A DNA stretch of 64,000 nucleotides from contig JBNRSN020000011.1 in the NCBI GenBank assembly GCA_051313645.2, positions 75,764,001 to 75,828,000 on the forward strand. Reading direction: 5' to 3'. This document shows positions 49,201 to 62,674 of this stretch, piece by piece. The stretch comes from Centroscyllium fabricii (Eukaryota). The notes beneath the pieces were generated by a model. It was not told the DNA's origin, did no database searches, and worked only from the letters and a program-made list of their open reading frames with translations. The position numbers and the translations under genes are program-made. The stretch's first letter is position 1; every line of letters begins with the position of its first letter.

Positions 49201-50065
49201 AGACCAGTTTGAAGTCCATAACATAGATTCAGCCAATAAACTAGTTGTCCAGAAATTGCAAGTTGTCAACCCAGTTTAGGTTTTTGTTTTAACTTTAATT
49301 TGCATTTAGGTGAAGTCAATGAAGTATCATCATGGGGCACCAGAACAATTGGTGGGCCAATAAATTCGACCACACAGTGTCTGTGTCGAGCAGGGCAATT
49401 TTTCATCTCCTAGTGAATAGGAGGATTAAAATCTAAGCGCAATCCCCTTTTGTACTCACACTGACTTTTTCCACTAAAATCATTAATGGGGGGTTTAACC
49501 CTGATGAATTTCGATTGCCAATGCAAAGTAACAATTTCAAATTTGCTGTGACCTAGGATTTATTAACTAGGCGCTGCTTTTAAAGTCTGAAAAATGACAG
49601 TTACCGTAAGGTTCATTTTAGTGTCTGTGGAATTTGCTACTGAGTAAAACTCAATAGATTGCACAGTAAATGTGACGTTTCATGGCACTGCTTGTGAACT
49701 CCAACATACAAGATACCACCGCTCCACCAAAAGGAGTTAGAACAAATCTGTCATTCCTCTTTCAATTTTACCTCGGGCAACATAGTTCAGTAAATTGGCC
49801 ATAGCGAGTTTAACACATACATCTGGCCCCAGTAAGCTGAACTCCTCACTCGCAGCTCCTTGAAGAATGCAGTATTATAACAGCCTCCGAAATTCACCCA
49901 CTTCCCTATAGCCACAGGATCAGCTTTATAGGCATTTTTATCAGATTTTGGGAGACAGTCTTCAATGGGCTAGTCATGTACTTTGATTTCATATGGATTT
50001 TATTACAAGCTACAGTAACACTTGTCTTTGCACAGTATAGGCTACATTCAAAGATTTTTACGATA

Positions 50066-51862
50066 GCAAAATACTGTGGATGCTGGAAATCTGAAACAGA
50101 AAACGCTGGAAAAACTCAGCAGGCCAGGCAACATCCGTGGAGAGAGAAACAGAGTCAACATTTCAGGTCGAAACCCTTCTACAGAACAGAGAGAAAAGGC
50201 AGGAAATGAAACAAAAGGCAGTTTGGGGGCTGGGAAATTGGGGAGGGGATGAAAGAAGAGACATTAAGAGATATTCAAGGTGAGACGAGCTGGTAATAGG
50301 ACAGGTAAAGAAACAAACAATTGCTCTAGATGAAGTGTGAAATGAGCTGGCAGAGTGAAAGACAGCTGCCCTGTGGGAGAGAGAGAAAAAAGAGTCACAA
50401 ACCAAAAGTGTGGATAAAAAAATCTAAAAATATAATAGCGGCTGAGGTTATGATCTGAAATTGTTGAACTCGATATTGAGTCCGGAAGGCTGCAAAGTAC
50501 CTAATCGGAAGATGAGGTGCTGTTCCTCGAGTTTACGGTGAGCTTCCATGGAACAATGCAAGAGGCCGCAGACTGAGGTCTGAGTGGGAATGGAGCGGTG
50601 AATTGAAATGACAGGTGACCGGTAGCTCAGGGTCACCCTTACGGACTGAACGGAGGTGTTCTGCAAAGCGGTCACCCAATCTGCATTTGGTCTCCCCAAT
50701 GTAGAGACGACCACATCATGAGCAGCAAATACAGTATACCAGATTGCAAGTAGCACAAGGAAATCGCTCTTTCACCTGGAAGGGGTGTTTGGGGCCCTGG
50801 ACAGTGGGATAGGGGGAGGTATATGGGCAGGTGTTGCATCTCCTGTGCTTGCATGGCGAAGGGGAAGGGATGCTGGGGGAGATAGAGGAGTGGTCTAGGG
50901 TGTCTCGGAGGGAGCGGTCCCTCTGGAATGCTGAAAGGGGAGGGGAAGATGCGTTTGATGGTGGGATCATGTTCGAGGTGGCAGAAATGGCAAAGGATGA
51001 TCCGTTGAATGTGGAGGCTGATGGGTGAAAGGTGAGGACAAGGGGAACTCTATTGTGGTTCCAGGAGGGAGGGGCAGATGTGAGGGCAGAAGTGCGGGAG
51101 ATAGAACGGACACGGTCGAGGGCCGTGTTAACCATGGTAGTGGGAAATCCTCGGTTGAGGAAACGGAAGACATGTCGGAAGCACTGGTGTGGAAGGTGGC
51201 ATCGTCGGAGTAGATGCGGCGGAGACGAAGATACTGGGAGAATGGAATAGAGTCCTTACAGGAGGCGGGGTGGGAGGAAGTGTAGTCCAGGTAGCAGTGG
51301 GAGTCAATAACGTATCCCCAGAGATGGAGACAGAGAAGTCGAGGAAGGGAAGGGAAGAGTCAGAGATAGACCATGTGAAGGTGAGGGAAGCATGGTAATT
51401 GAAGGCATAGTGAATGAAATCGTCGAGTTTGGGGCGAGAGCAGGAAACGGCACCGATACAGTCATCAATGTACCGGAAAAAGAGGTGAGGGAGGGGACCC
51501 GAGTAGGACTGGAACAAAGAGTGTTCCACATATCCCATGAAAAGGCAGGCATAGCTAGGACCCATGCGGGTACCCATAGCAACACCTTTGATTTGGAGGA
51601 AATGAGTGGAGTCAAAGGAGAAGTTGTTCAATGTGAGAACAAGTTCAGCCAGGCGGGGGAGGGTGGTGGTGGTGGAGGTGGATGGGGACTGGTCGGGCCT
51701 CTGTTCAAGGAAGAAGCGGAGCGCCCTCAGGCCATCCTGGTGGGGGGTGGAGGTGTAGAGCGATTGTACATCCATGGTGAAAAGGAAGCAGTTGGGACCA
51801 GGAACCTGGAAACTGTTGAAGTGGCGGAGGGCGTCCGAAGAGTCGCGGATGTAGGTAGGAAG
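50066..51862 (-). mobile_element. Penelope-like element (RT plus GIY-YIG endonuclease), 5'-truncated
   Basis: TMDVQSLYT, GVAMGTRMGPSYACLFMG, FFRYIDDC; NLVYCI.C and LEEQHLIFRLGTLQPSGLN; terminal repeat region with a hammerhead relic at about 50153-50187. Confidence 0.92.
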
Positions 51863-54410
51863 CTCACTTTGCATATGGTCCTCACAGAGGAGAGAATTTG
51901 ATTTTGTCATTCTGAGGGCTAGATTTTCACTCATGTTCTAGTAGTAAAAGGGCAATAGGCTAATGGTCTTCCACCTAGACATCCAAATAGATTTATTTAG
52001 AAGTTATTCTAAAATTAGTGGCAACTTAACAAGGCAGATTTTCATGCTAGATTGCGTGGGCTAACCATTTTCTATCGATTAAAATTTAAAAATTTGCGCA
52101 ATTGCATATACAGTATTAAAATCTGTACAGTTTCCTGAAAAGGCTTTGAGCTTTGAAGTAAATTGTGTAGATTTTATTTTTGACACGCCTTTTAGAGTTA
52201 GTAAAGTATTTTAATTACTATTTTTTTAAATGACTGGATTCTCTTTGCATCGTGATCCCCATGCCTGTTTTCGGGCCTTGTCCAATTTCTAGGTAGGAAT
52301 TTGAATGTGCTTATTTGGTACAGGGCTATTTACAGCACTGAGGGAATAACCAGGAATCCACAAGGGGTAAAGAAAAGCCACTGCATCTACAGCATTCTGA
52401 ATTCCCACACACTTCTGGGTTGCCCATATATCATTACCCAACAAAATGCTCCAATGATCTCACTTGAACTAAAGTGCATGAAATCGTAGCAATAAAGTAG
52501 CAAACGTGCCGCAATAATTAACTCAAGGCTAGTTTTGTTTTCTTTCAGTCTGGTAATCATGAAATATGATAGAATTTAAACAATCGCCATGTGAATTTCA
52601 CCCTTATTCTGGGATTATATTCTCCAGCCTTCCTCTGAAGTAATAGATCTATGAGGCGCCAGGACCTGCTGTGTACTTCCAGCACTTTCTGTTTTTGTTT
52701 CAGATTTCCGGCACTTGCAGTTTTTTTAATGCTTTTTCGCTCTCAGGAAAGCAGGATCGATATCGCCAATGCTAATATGGCATCTTTTGGATGTTTTATT
52801 CTAGAGAAAAGCAAGGAGAATTTAAAGCAGTAACATTTTTCCTACCTCCAAAAAAAGAAGAGAAATAAGCTTAAATGAGCAAAACGAACAACATGCATTC
52901 TGGTTTAAAACAACAATCATCCTTCAATGCTTCGATAATATATTCTGGCATCACTAAATATGTTGAATATAATAGGGGCTATAGTGTTTCAGGTGGGGGC
53001 ACTCTAAGCGCCCCCCTCCCCACCCCCTAACCACATCAAATCAGTGATCATTGTCAGCAAAGGGCTGATCAACAAATTGAACAAATTGCTGGTGCAGCTT
53101 GTGGTAGGGGAAATGTTAAGGGGCTCCAGAAAGAAAATAGACACATTCTTGACATCTGAAATGATTTGTAGTTACCTAGTTACCATAGCCCATCATTTCC
53201 TTAAAAGTTTCTATGCAAGAGTGACGTTGCACCGATCCATTTCCCCGAGGAAATTTGCACACAATTGATTTACGCTGGTTTAACACTGAAACATCGCTAC
53301 GTGAGAATTTCCTCCATCATTTATGCCGCTTCCAAGATGTGTCTGCCTAAATCCTCTACTGCTCATTTGCATAGCACCCCACCATGAAAAAGACCAGCTC
53401 ACGCAAGCTTCCTGCACTGGCGTAGATTTACATCCAAAGATTTAGCTGCAGACAGTCCAAAGTCACCCAATATTGGGGTAACTGATATTTATGGAGTTTG
53501 ACAGCGATTTTACTTTTTAATTTTTCTTACTTAACCAAAATGCTGTCAGTCTCAGTGTAGCCAAAATGTTTTGGACCACCATCTCTCCCTACATGGTCAG
53601 AAAGAATAAGCAGCTGGTGTGCCTTCCTTATGTGCATACCCCTGTTCTGCATAATAATTGAAGGTGAAGAGGAGCAGCAGAGGCAAGAGGTATTCAGAGT
53701 GAGGCACCATGAAAGAAGACAGCAGCCCACTTGCTATCACCCCGATTGATGGCGCTGCATTTGCGCTTGTTCTACATTCCGCCGCAGACAAATAAACTCC
53801 GCAGAATATTTTGTCACAAGTTACCATCGGCAAGATTGGCACAGAAACCAGTAAATTTTGGTGTAATTTCTGCGTAAATGCAATGCAGGACAGTCTGGGC
53901 CTATGTTACTGTGTTCCGGTGCAAAATCTGCTGTTCCTAATTTTAAATGCTTGACAGGAAATCTATAGGTGTATTACAGATGCTTAATCTTTGTTTTACT
54001 ATTATCACCATACAAGGCTGGATCTCCAGTTCTCTTCATACATTCATTTCTTTACAACCACAACATTCTGTTAAGAGTAGATACAACAAAAAGAGCAAAA
54101 TAATAATTCTTTGCCAGAAGCGGTGACGTTTACAGTGACACTTAGAATTTGTAACTGTACCTAGCAACCTTTGAAACACCAAGGCTGTTCATTATTATAA
54201 TAGCTGAATGGCAGAATCAGAATCCAGTCATCTTATTATACGGGCATTACAGTATCTGCAACTACGTGACTATACTTGCATCTGGGTCACGAGAAAAGGT
54301 GGCGTATAATGAGATGATAAATTCTGTTACATTTAGGAACATATAAATGTGAACTTTAAAAGAATGACACAAATGATAGGAACTGCATCTGAATCCTCAA
54401 AATATTAATT

Positions 54411-55137
54411 GGCCCAGAAATTCGGGTCGGAGGCTTCCCGCGTGTGCAAGCCTCCAACCTGCACTTACTTAGCGCGCCGGCCGTTGAGCTGTGGGCCTGC
54501 GTGGAATTCCGATGCGGGGCCTCCTCCAACTGCCATAAACGTTGTGCTCGCGTATCCCAGCGGCACAGTTAGTGCGATGGATCGCGTGGGATCACGTGGG
54601 CCACGGAGAGCCAATCTGAGCACAGAATGCTCCATTCATAAGTTTGACAGTATGAAAACTACAAGCCCCAAAAATCACTAAATCTTCAAATACATTTTTT
54701 TTTAAATCACATTTTTTAAAATAACTATCAATTACATTAAATAACTAATTTAAACAATAATTAACATTTTTGAAAAAATTATTTTTTCTGATGGGGCTAG
54801 AAATAAACTTACCTTTCTTTAAAGTATTTTAAAATAATAAACCTGTGGAAAAAATGTTTTAATTTGAATGAATTTACCACTTACCTTGTTAAAACCAGGC
54901 TTTGCACATTAAAATAGCAGCAATAACTTTTTCATACTTACCCGGACACAGAATCTTATTTAAAAAAATCAGAAGTGCATTGCGCACGCGCTGCCGCTCC
55001 CGCGCACGCGTTCCGACTTCTGAACCCTTCTGTCAGGGGATCGGAAGTGCCAGTTTCGCGCGCAAGCGCTGTGCATGCACGAAACCAGCACTTTAGATGG
55101 GCCTACGCTCACGCGTTGGGACGCGAATTTCTGGACC
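54411..55137. mobile_element. MITE (Harbinger-type), GC-rich ends and AT-rich core
   Basis: TIR GG(C/T)CCAGAAATTCG; TSD ATT (54408-54410 / 55138-55140). Confidence 0.85.
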
Positions 55138-55155
55138 ATTAAAAATTCTGCTGAA

Positions 55156-55450
55156 GGCTCAGTGGATATGTGGGCTGCCCAGTAGAATACCGAGCCATAC
55201 AGAGCAACAAAGTTCAATTCAATCCTGAGTCTGTGCCGAGTTAACTCATTACAATTAGGATTCCAGCATTGCAATAGGCTTTAGCAGCCCCTAGTTAGGG
55301 AGGCAAAAATAATCAGCTGGGGTTCCCGTTATCTTGGAATCTCTGCTGGAAAGTGCACATGTAACTGTTTGTGGAAGGTACACAGGGGGCAACTTTGAGT
55401 TCAGGCAGGCAATAGCCATAGGGATCCTGTTGCCCACCTGAGGCTCAAGC
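55156..55450 (+). mobile_element. LF-SINE-like SINE
   Basis: GGCTCAGTGG A-box-like start; GTCTGTGCCGAGTTA, GTTAGGGAGG.AAAA..ATCAGC.GGGGTTCC and CTGCTGGAAAGTGC blocks resemble LF-SINE as recalled. Confidence 0.5.
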
Positions 55451-55469
55451 CATTTTGGAGGGTAAGGCC

Positions 55470-58400
55470 ACATTTGTTTTGATCTGAGACTGGTCAAGGT
55501 TTGACGGAGTAGGGATAGTTAGTCTCAATACCAACTGACACAGGGGACTCTTTTCTGGGTTCCGCTCTTGGGCTTGGACGGCTTTAAACTGGAGGGTGTC
55601 TGGGGGACTAGATTTAAGGTGATTCCAAAAATGTAATGCTCTTTTTTGGATATTTATTGTCAGTGGGTAGCTGCCTAATTCCGCCCTACATGCGTTTGTT
55701 GGTGTTTTCCTTTGGGTGCGGAGGATGCTCCGGCAAAATTCCGCATGTAGGGCCTCCATTGTGTGTTTTTCCCATTTAGCATAACTATGATGACTGAGCG
55801 AACCCCATACTTCACTACCATAAAGCGCAATGGGCTGGATTACACTATCAAATATTTTAAGCCAGATTTTAATTGGAATTTGGATGTTGTAGAATTTTCT
55901 TTTTATTGCATACAGAGCTCTTCGAGCTTTCTCTTTTAGTGCATTCACTGCCATGCTGAAGCTCCCTGATGCTGCAATGGTTAGACCAAGGTACGTGTAG
56001 CTCATAGCGTGTTCGATAATGGTATCATTAAGAGTGAATTGGTATTTGTCTTCCTGACATCTGTTTTTTTCCTGAAAAATCATGATGTTGGTTTTCTTTA
56101 GATTTACTGTCAGGGCCCAATTTTGGCAGTACTCATCGAGTAGATCTAACTGTTGCTGCAGTCCCTATTCTGTGGGAGACAGCAGAACCAGGTCATCTGC
56201 ATAAAACAGGGATTTTACCTCTCCGTCCAGAAGACAGAGGCCCGGCGCTGCGCTCTGGTCCAACTTTACTGCTAAATCGTTTATATACATATTAAACAGT
56301 GTCGGGCTCAGATTGCAGCCTTGCCGGACGCCTCTCTTCTGGGTGAAGAGACCAGTGCATTTGTCCCCAATTTTAACACCACATTTATTATTCAGATACA
56401 TTGATTTAATAAGGTCATATACCTTTCCTCCTATACCACAATGGAGAAGTTTGTAATAGAGCCCTTCATGCCATATAGAGTCAAATGCTTTCTTAAAGTC
56501 AATAAAACAGGCAAATATTTTACCATTTTTTGCTTGGTGTATATGTTTTCCAATGAGAGTGTGAAGGGTATAGATATGGTCAGTGGTGCGGTGTTTCGGA
56601 AGGAAGCCAATTTGGTTTTTACTGAGGATATTATGTTTGTTAAGGAAATCCTGCATTCTGCTATTTATAATACTGCAGAATAACTTCCCTAGGCAACTAC
56701 TGACACAGATGCCACGGTAATCGTTTGGGTCTGATTTGTTTCCGCTCTTATAAATGGGCAAAATAAGCCCTTGACACCAAATATCAGGAAAATAGCCTGA
56801 ACGTAATATGAGGTTGAACAGCCTGAGCATTGCGTCCTGCATCTCCAGAGTGCTGTACTTGAGCATTTCATTTTTGATGCTGTCTGTACCATAGGCTTTC
56901 TTTGATTGGAGAGATTTTATTTTTGTGACCAATTCTTCCGAAGTAATCGGGAAGTCGAGAGGGTTTTGGTAGTCTTTAATTGTTGTTTCTAATGTTTGGA
57001 GTTTTTCTTTGGTATGAGAGTAATTTGAGTTTATTTTATTCATTGGGATGTCTTTATATAGGTTTTCAAAATGTGCTCTCCAGATATCACCATCTTGAAT
57101 TGGTAATGTTTGTGGTTTTGTTGTGCTCAGATTATTCCACATATCCCAGAATTGGTTTTGATTTATGGAGTTTTCAATTTCTTCAAGTCTTTTGTGGGTG
57201 TAATTTTGTTTTTTGTTCCTAGTAGTGTGTTTATATCTTTTGAGAGTTTCATTATATCTAATACGTAAGTCTGGGTTGTTTGGTTGGTGGTGTTTTTGGT
57301 TTGATATCTTTCTCAAATCTTTTCTGACACTTTTGCACTCGTGGTCGAACCATTTTTCATGGTTGTATCTTTTAATAATTTTTCTTTTCTGTTTCACAAG
57401 GTCAGCTTTAATAGCTGCCCTGTGAAAGATCATATTGATGTAATCTATGGCCGTGTTTACACCATTTTCGGTAGTCTCATCTTGAATTTATCTTGAATTT
57501 TGATATTTTATTTGTGAGATCAGGTGTATTCAGGGCCATGATGAACTTATCTCCACTGTCTGGAGCCCATCTGTATGTCTGATTTATTTTATACAGCTTA
57601 CTGGGCTCCTTTTTTATGTCTTTAATTTGAGCAGAAAATTTTAGGTACACATTGATTTGGCTATGGTCTGAGAGAGGGGATTGCTGTCTAACAGTGAATG
57701 CACTGATAGTACAGGGGTCCATGTCAGCGATTGCATAGTCCACCACACTAGACCCAAGAGCTGAGGAATATGTGAACCTCCCTAGCGAGTCCCCTCTGAA
57801 CCTACCATTAACTATGTACAGGCCTAAGGCTCGACAGAGATGCACTACCTCTCTGCCACTTTTATTTATTTCACAGTCAAGGTTGTTCCGGTTGGTGATG
57901 ATTGGTGTGACGTACAAGGGGGTTTGACCGAACACATGGTTGTTGCCCTGTGGGTCTATGGAATCGGGTTCACATCCGGTCCTTGCATTCAGGTCCCCAC
58001 ATAGTAGCACATTTCCCTGGGCCTGGAAATGGATGACTTCCGTGTGGAGAGTTTCAAATAGATCCTCTTCAAAGTATGCCGATTCTACTGGGGGTATGTA
58101 GACAGCACATAGATATATATCTTTTTCAGTTATTCCAATTTTTTAAATCTAATTTCAGCCATATATGTGACTTTCCCTGTTTTATTGATGTGATGTGACT
58201 ATCTAGTTCTCCTTTGTACCACACCAAGACACCCCCGGAGGTTCTGCCCTTACGTATATTAATAGTTTTTACTGAGGGCACCATGACTTCATGATACCCT
58301 GAGGGACAGTGAATGAGCGTATCCTTTCGGTACCATGTTTCTGTTAGTATCATTATATCAGTGTCTTCTATGGATTTTAGGAATTCAGGGTTCATAGTCT

Positions 58401-58800
58401 TCATCCCGAAGGTTGAGGAGTAGAGACCCTGGATATTCCAGCAGCTTATGTGGAATGAACTCATTTTTTTTTACAATTAGAGAAGGAACCTATTTTGTGG
58501 GACAGGTGTGAGAACACTAGTTTTTTCTATAAATGGAAGATACTAGGTGAAAGTTTGGTATAACGTGACAAAGCAGGCCCATACTGCCACCTGGTAGTGG
58601 TAACAATATTAATAATGACAATATCAACAGTATTAATAAAAACAATATCAACAGTATTAACAGTACTATTTCAGTGCAGTCCTATGCTATTTTTACCCGT
58701 TACTCGGGAGGGACTGTTTGTATATACATGCGTTCTTTGTTACCACAGAAGTTGGGAGCACAGGGCCTACAGCAGCTTCCTGATCTCTCCCATCTCCGGG
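55470..58800 (-). mobile_element. RTEX-like LINE: ORF1 tail plus near-complete ORF2 (APE-RT), truncated at both ends
   Basis: ORF2 ATG at 58464: SCWNIQGL, ILTETW, GDLNARTG, VDY, SDH, KWFDHEC, DFKKAFDS, GVRQGCNLSPTLF, FYADDL; only a few frameshifts/stops. Confidence 0.85.
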
Positions 58801-59479
58801 GTGAACTTGAACTTGATCCCAAGTCTAATTTCTACCCCAAGGAGAGGTAAACACATGGTCCTGGGATCAGTTCAGGAAGGCCGAGGAAGGGAACCATAGC
58901 TAACAAGAGAAGGCTTGTTCAAGAAAGGTGTGACCAGAAAAAGTGAATGTTTCACCTGCCAACAGGGACAGTGAAGCAGGTTTAGTTATTTTCTATACTA
59001 CAGACATTTATTGAAATTAATTTGAAATATAGGGAGATTTACTGTAATTGTTACTCTTCACTTACTAACTGTAAAATAAAGTAATTCACATTTGGCCTCG
59101 TTTTGCTTAAGTTTAATCAGTCCGCCTCTCAGAAAATCAGTGTTTGGAGTTCAAGCTCATGGTCACACGTGTGAGATTACAGGATTCAGCTCACGTTCTA
59201 TGAAACTTTTATTGATACAATGCCTGAGTCAGATGATTACAGGACTAGATATTGGGCAGCAGTGGTAAACTCCTGAGCGCAACGAATGTGGGACCAGCTG
59301 ATGGGAGCGAGAAAAGTGATGCTGAGCCAAGAGAATATCTAGAGCAGGCACAAAATTTGTAACAGCAGGTCTACCCCTCCACCACATCTCTCACCCCTCA
59401 AATGTTTCTGTGCTGTCAGGCTGCTTTTGTCTGACACCAAATCTTGGATGAGTCACAGCATTGGCCATTCTCTTAGGCT

Positions 59480-59760
59480 GAACCTGACGCAATCTTGGTA
59501 TCCTGTTCGAACTTGAGCTGAACTTCAAATCTTGCATCCTATTCACTATCACCTCAGCAAGTTTACTTATCTCTGCCCCATCTCAACCCCTCTGCTGCTG
59601 AAACCCTTATGCATGTCTTTGTCACCTCCAGACTTGATTAATGCTCAGCTTGCCATTAATGCTCAGCTTGCCATAAACTCCAAACTATTCCAAACACTGC
59701 TGCATATGTCCTGTCTCACACAAAACCCCACTAGCCATTGCTCAAGCTCGGGTTCCAATG
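59480..59760 (+). mobile_element. Old L2 LINE fragment
   Basis: Degenerate RNLGILF..ELNF and ETLMHVFVTSRLD. Confidence 0.6.
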
Positions 59761-60957
59761 TCAGCACAAGTGTGTTGGGGTTCCCCTTCCAAAAGCAAGT
59801 CCCAATTTTGGACTAGTTGGGAGAAAGCCTCCTAGGATCTCAGGATTTCCACTGAGGTGCTGGGGGAAGAGACCAACGGGAGAAATTGGCTGAGGTGCAG
59901 GATGCAAGCTGTCTTAATCTACGTGGCTGTGGGGACTGGCCACAAAACACTCAGTGGAAGGGGGATTTGGCCGTGAAAATCATGTTAAACGGGTGATGGG
60001 TGATGGTGGGGGAAAGAGATTAAAAAGCCCAATGGCCAGACCAGAAGATTTACCAGGCAGGGGAATGCGCGCATTGAATTGAGGTGGGGCGAGTCCCCCC
60101 TTTCACTTTGGCCTGTCATTTTAGGCGTCTTACGCAGCTGGCAGAGTTTAGCCAAGCAACTTCATTGGGAATACCTAGAGAGAGAACAGGCACTCTGTGC
60201 AGCAAACAGGGCAATCATTGCAAACTTGTGGTGGAAAGCAGAGGTATCATGTAAAATTGGATGTTTAATCTTTCTCTGCAATTGGCACCTTATTTGAATA
60301 TATTCAATTGTTTTATCTTTAAAACAGCTTTTAATTCAGCATCTGCGACTCTCATTGCAGCTTCAGGAGAACACATTTTCGAAAGGATACTTGACGGGAT
60401 CCTGTATGCTGACTCACATTCTAATATTATGTGACAGCTAAACATTGAAATCCTCTTTCACAGCACGACCTCCAGATATAACTGGAACTGCAGGTACATG
60501 GTGACACTTTTAAAATGAATTTTGATATAGACAGAGCCTGACAGAGGGGTTTATGATGCATTTTCAAATGGAACGTTGCAAGATCCCAGTAGCTGCATCC
60601 TCATCTAAAATCAAATCTTTTTAGTACAGCCACTAAAACAAACTGAACACTATTAACCTTGTCTAGGTGGGTTATGTTCATATAGGACGTTTATGCCATA
60701 AAGCAATTAAGTGCATACATTTGTAAATGGTACTTAAGTGGTTAATAGAATGACCATTAAAATAAACAATTAATTTGTTTAGTACAAAAACAAAATGTCC
60801 ATCTTGATAAGGACAATCATTTATTAAGCCACGTTTAGTTTTGATTGAAGAAAGCAGTCACCTTTTGATTAATTTTTATGTAATATAGTGTTTCACAAGC
60901 TCTGCCAACAGGTTTTCCTTCTGCGAAAGTAAGGATATGAGTCATGTCATACTTATT

Positions 60958-61855
60958 GGGCCATGTTTTCCTGTGGCCCGTTTGCCGCTGGTGCGCGCTC
61001 CCGAGCACCCGCGGCGCACGCGCACGTAATTCTTTTTTTTTTTCTGACGGCAATTTCCTGTGGGAAATGCCGGGTTTTTTTCCAGCGTAGGGGTCGTGTT
61101 TTATTTGGTGCGGGGTGCAAGCCACGCCCACTGAGGTCGGCTTTCCCCCCGCACAAAGCACAGAATCGGCCTGAGGATGAAGAAGATCGGGTAGGGAAGC
61201 ACCTTTTTTTTGGTTTTTTTCAGTTTCTAGGAAGCTGTTTTTTTAAGTTTCTGCCTTTTCTGCTGTTAGGGTTTTTTTTGCTCCAGTGAAAAAAACACGT
61301 TTAAAGTTAAGTTTTTTTTGATTCCTTTGGAGATATTTGTCTGTGGTCTTTCAGCTTGTAAATGGGTAGGATTTTATATTTTTTGGTGAAAGTGAAAAAA
61401 AAACGGGTTTCGAACGCGATGTCAGCAGCTGTGATGGCCATCAGAGCTGCTGACATCGCGTTCAAATCCCGTTTTTTTTTCACTTTCACCAAAAAATATA
61501 AAACCCTACCCATTTACAAGCTGAAAGACCACAGACAAATATCTCCAAAGGAATAAAAAAAAACTTAACTTTAAACGTGTTTTTTTCACTTCTCAAAGCT
61601 GCCTGCAGCCCTCTAAGACTGCTTTTTAAATGTGCAGCAAAAGAGAGACTTGCCCACGTGATACACACGCATTTTGAGCAGCTGCCACAGGAAATCTGCA
61701 GCTCAAAGTCTTCCTGGGTAGGAAGCTGAAGCCCCTTGCCCATCAGCACAGGAAATTCACGTTTCTGGTAATCACCTGAGCTGCACCCCCACGAGGCATT
61801 TCTGACCTCCCTTCGTGGGGGTGCAGCTCTTCTGGAGCACAGGAAAACAGGGCCC
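60958..61855. mobile_element. MITE (Harbinger-type) containing a long palindrome
   Basis: TIR GGGCC(A/C)TGTTTTCCTGTG; TSD ATT (60955-60957 / 61856-61858). Confidence 0.88.
61285..61590. repeat. 306-bp spacerless palindrome
   Basis: Arms of 153 bp centred on TGATGG|CCATCA (61437/61438); about 5 mismatches by eye. Confidence 0.95.
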
Positions 61856-62674
61856 ATTAAAATAATTAAGAAAACTAAACCAATAATTTCTAATCTTAAA
61901 CAAATTAAATTATTGATTTGCTTTTGATCATCTGACATGGGCGAGACAAACTTATCCATTATTTTTCCCCACATGTTGTATTCCTATTTTGGTGATGCAT
62001 TGCTGGTCGTACATGGTCTTGCAATAATTAGCATGGAATCCAGAACAAAAATGGTTTTCAGAGTGATAAATTGCCATAATTGCTAAAACTGTGAAAATTA
62101 CTGATTCATTCATCAAATGTGTCAATGAGATGCCCATAGCCTGCAGATAATTGCCTTGAATGACCTTACAAAACATTAAATTAGGTCATAATTTTCAGCA
62201 AACTAAATCATTTGTCAAATCTAAAAGGAATTTAGCTTTTATGGCAAAGTGCAAGCTAGAACAAATACTTAGGCCAAATGTAAAGTCAGCACAATCTACG
62301 GTGATCCATTGGCAGTGCAGCTCAGTTTCATCATTTCATCTTATAGTTAGGGATTTAAGTTTTGAAAGGCTTAGACCTCAACTTATATTGACCCACCATC
62401 ATTGAAAGTGTTCTGTTCATTTACTGGGGAAAGGGGGTAAAAACGTGATGCTGATGCATCCCATCTTAAAGTGCATACCTAAAACTTCACAATCTTTGGC
62501 AATTATTATTGCTGGCAATTCTGAAATTTCCATTCTTTTAAAAAATTAACTTACATTTATATACTAAAGCAAAACACTGCAGATGCTGGAAATCTGAAAT
62601 AAAAATAAAAATAGAAACTGCTCGAAATACTCAGGAGGTCAGGCAACACCTGCAGAGAGAGAAACAGAGTTAAC

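Noticed and set aside
53190-53905. Possible further Harbinger-type derivative or small exon
   Set aside because: Ends and TSD could not be defined and the ORFs resemble no known protein.
61307-61556. Pair of near-identical opposite-strand ORFs
   Set aside because: A by-product of the palindrome.
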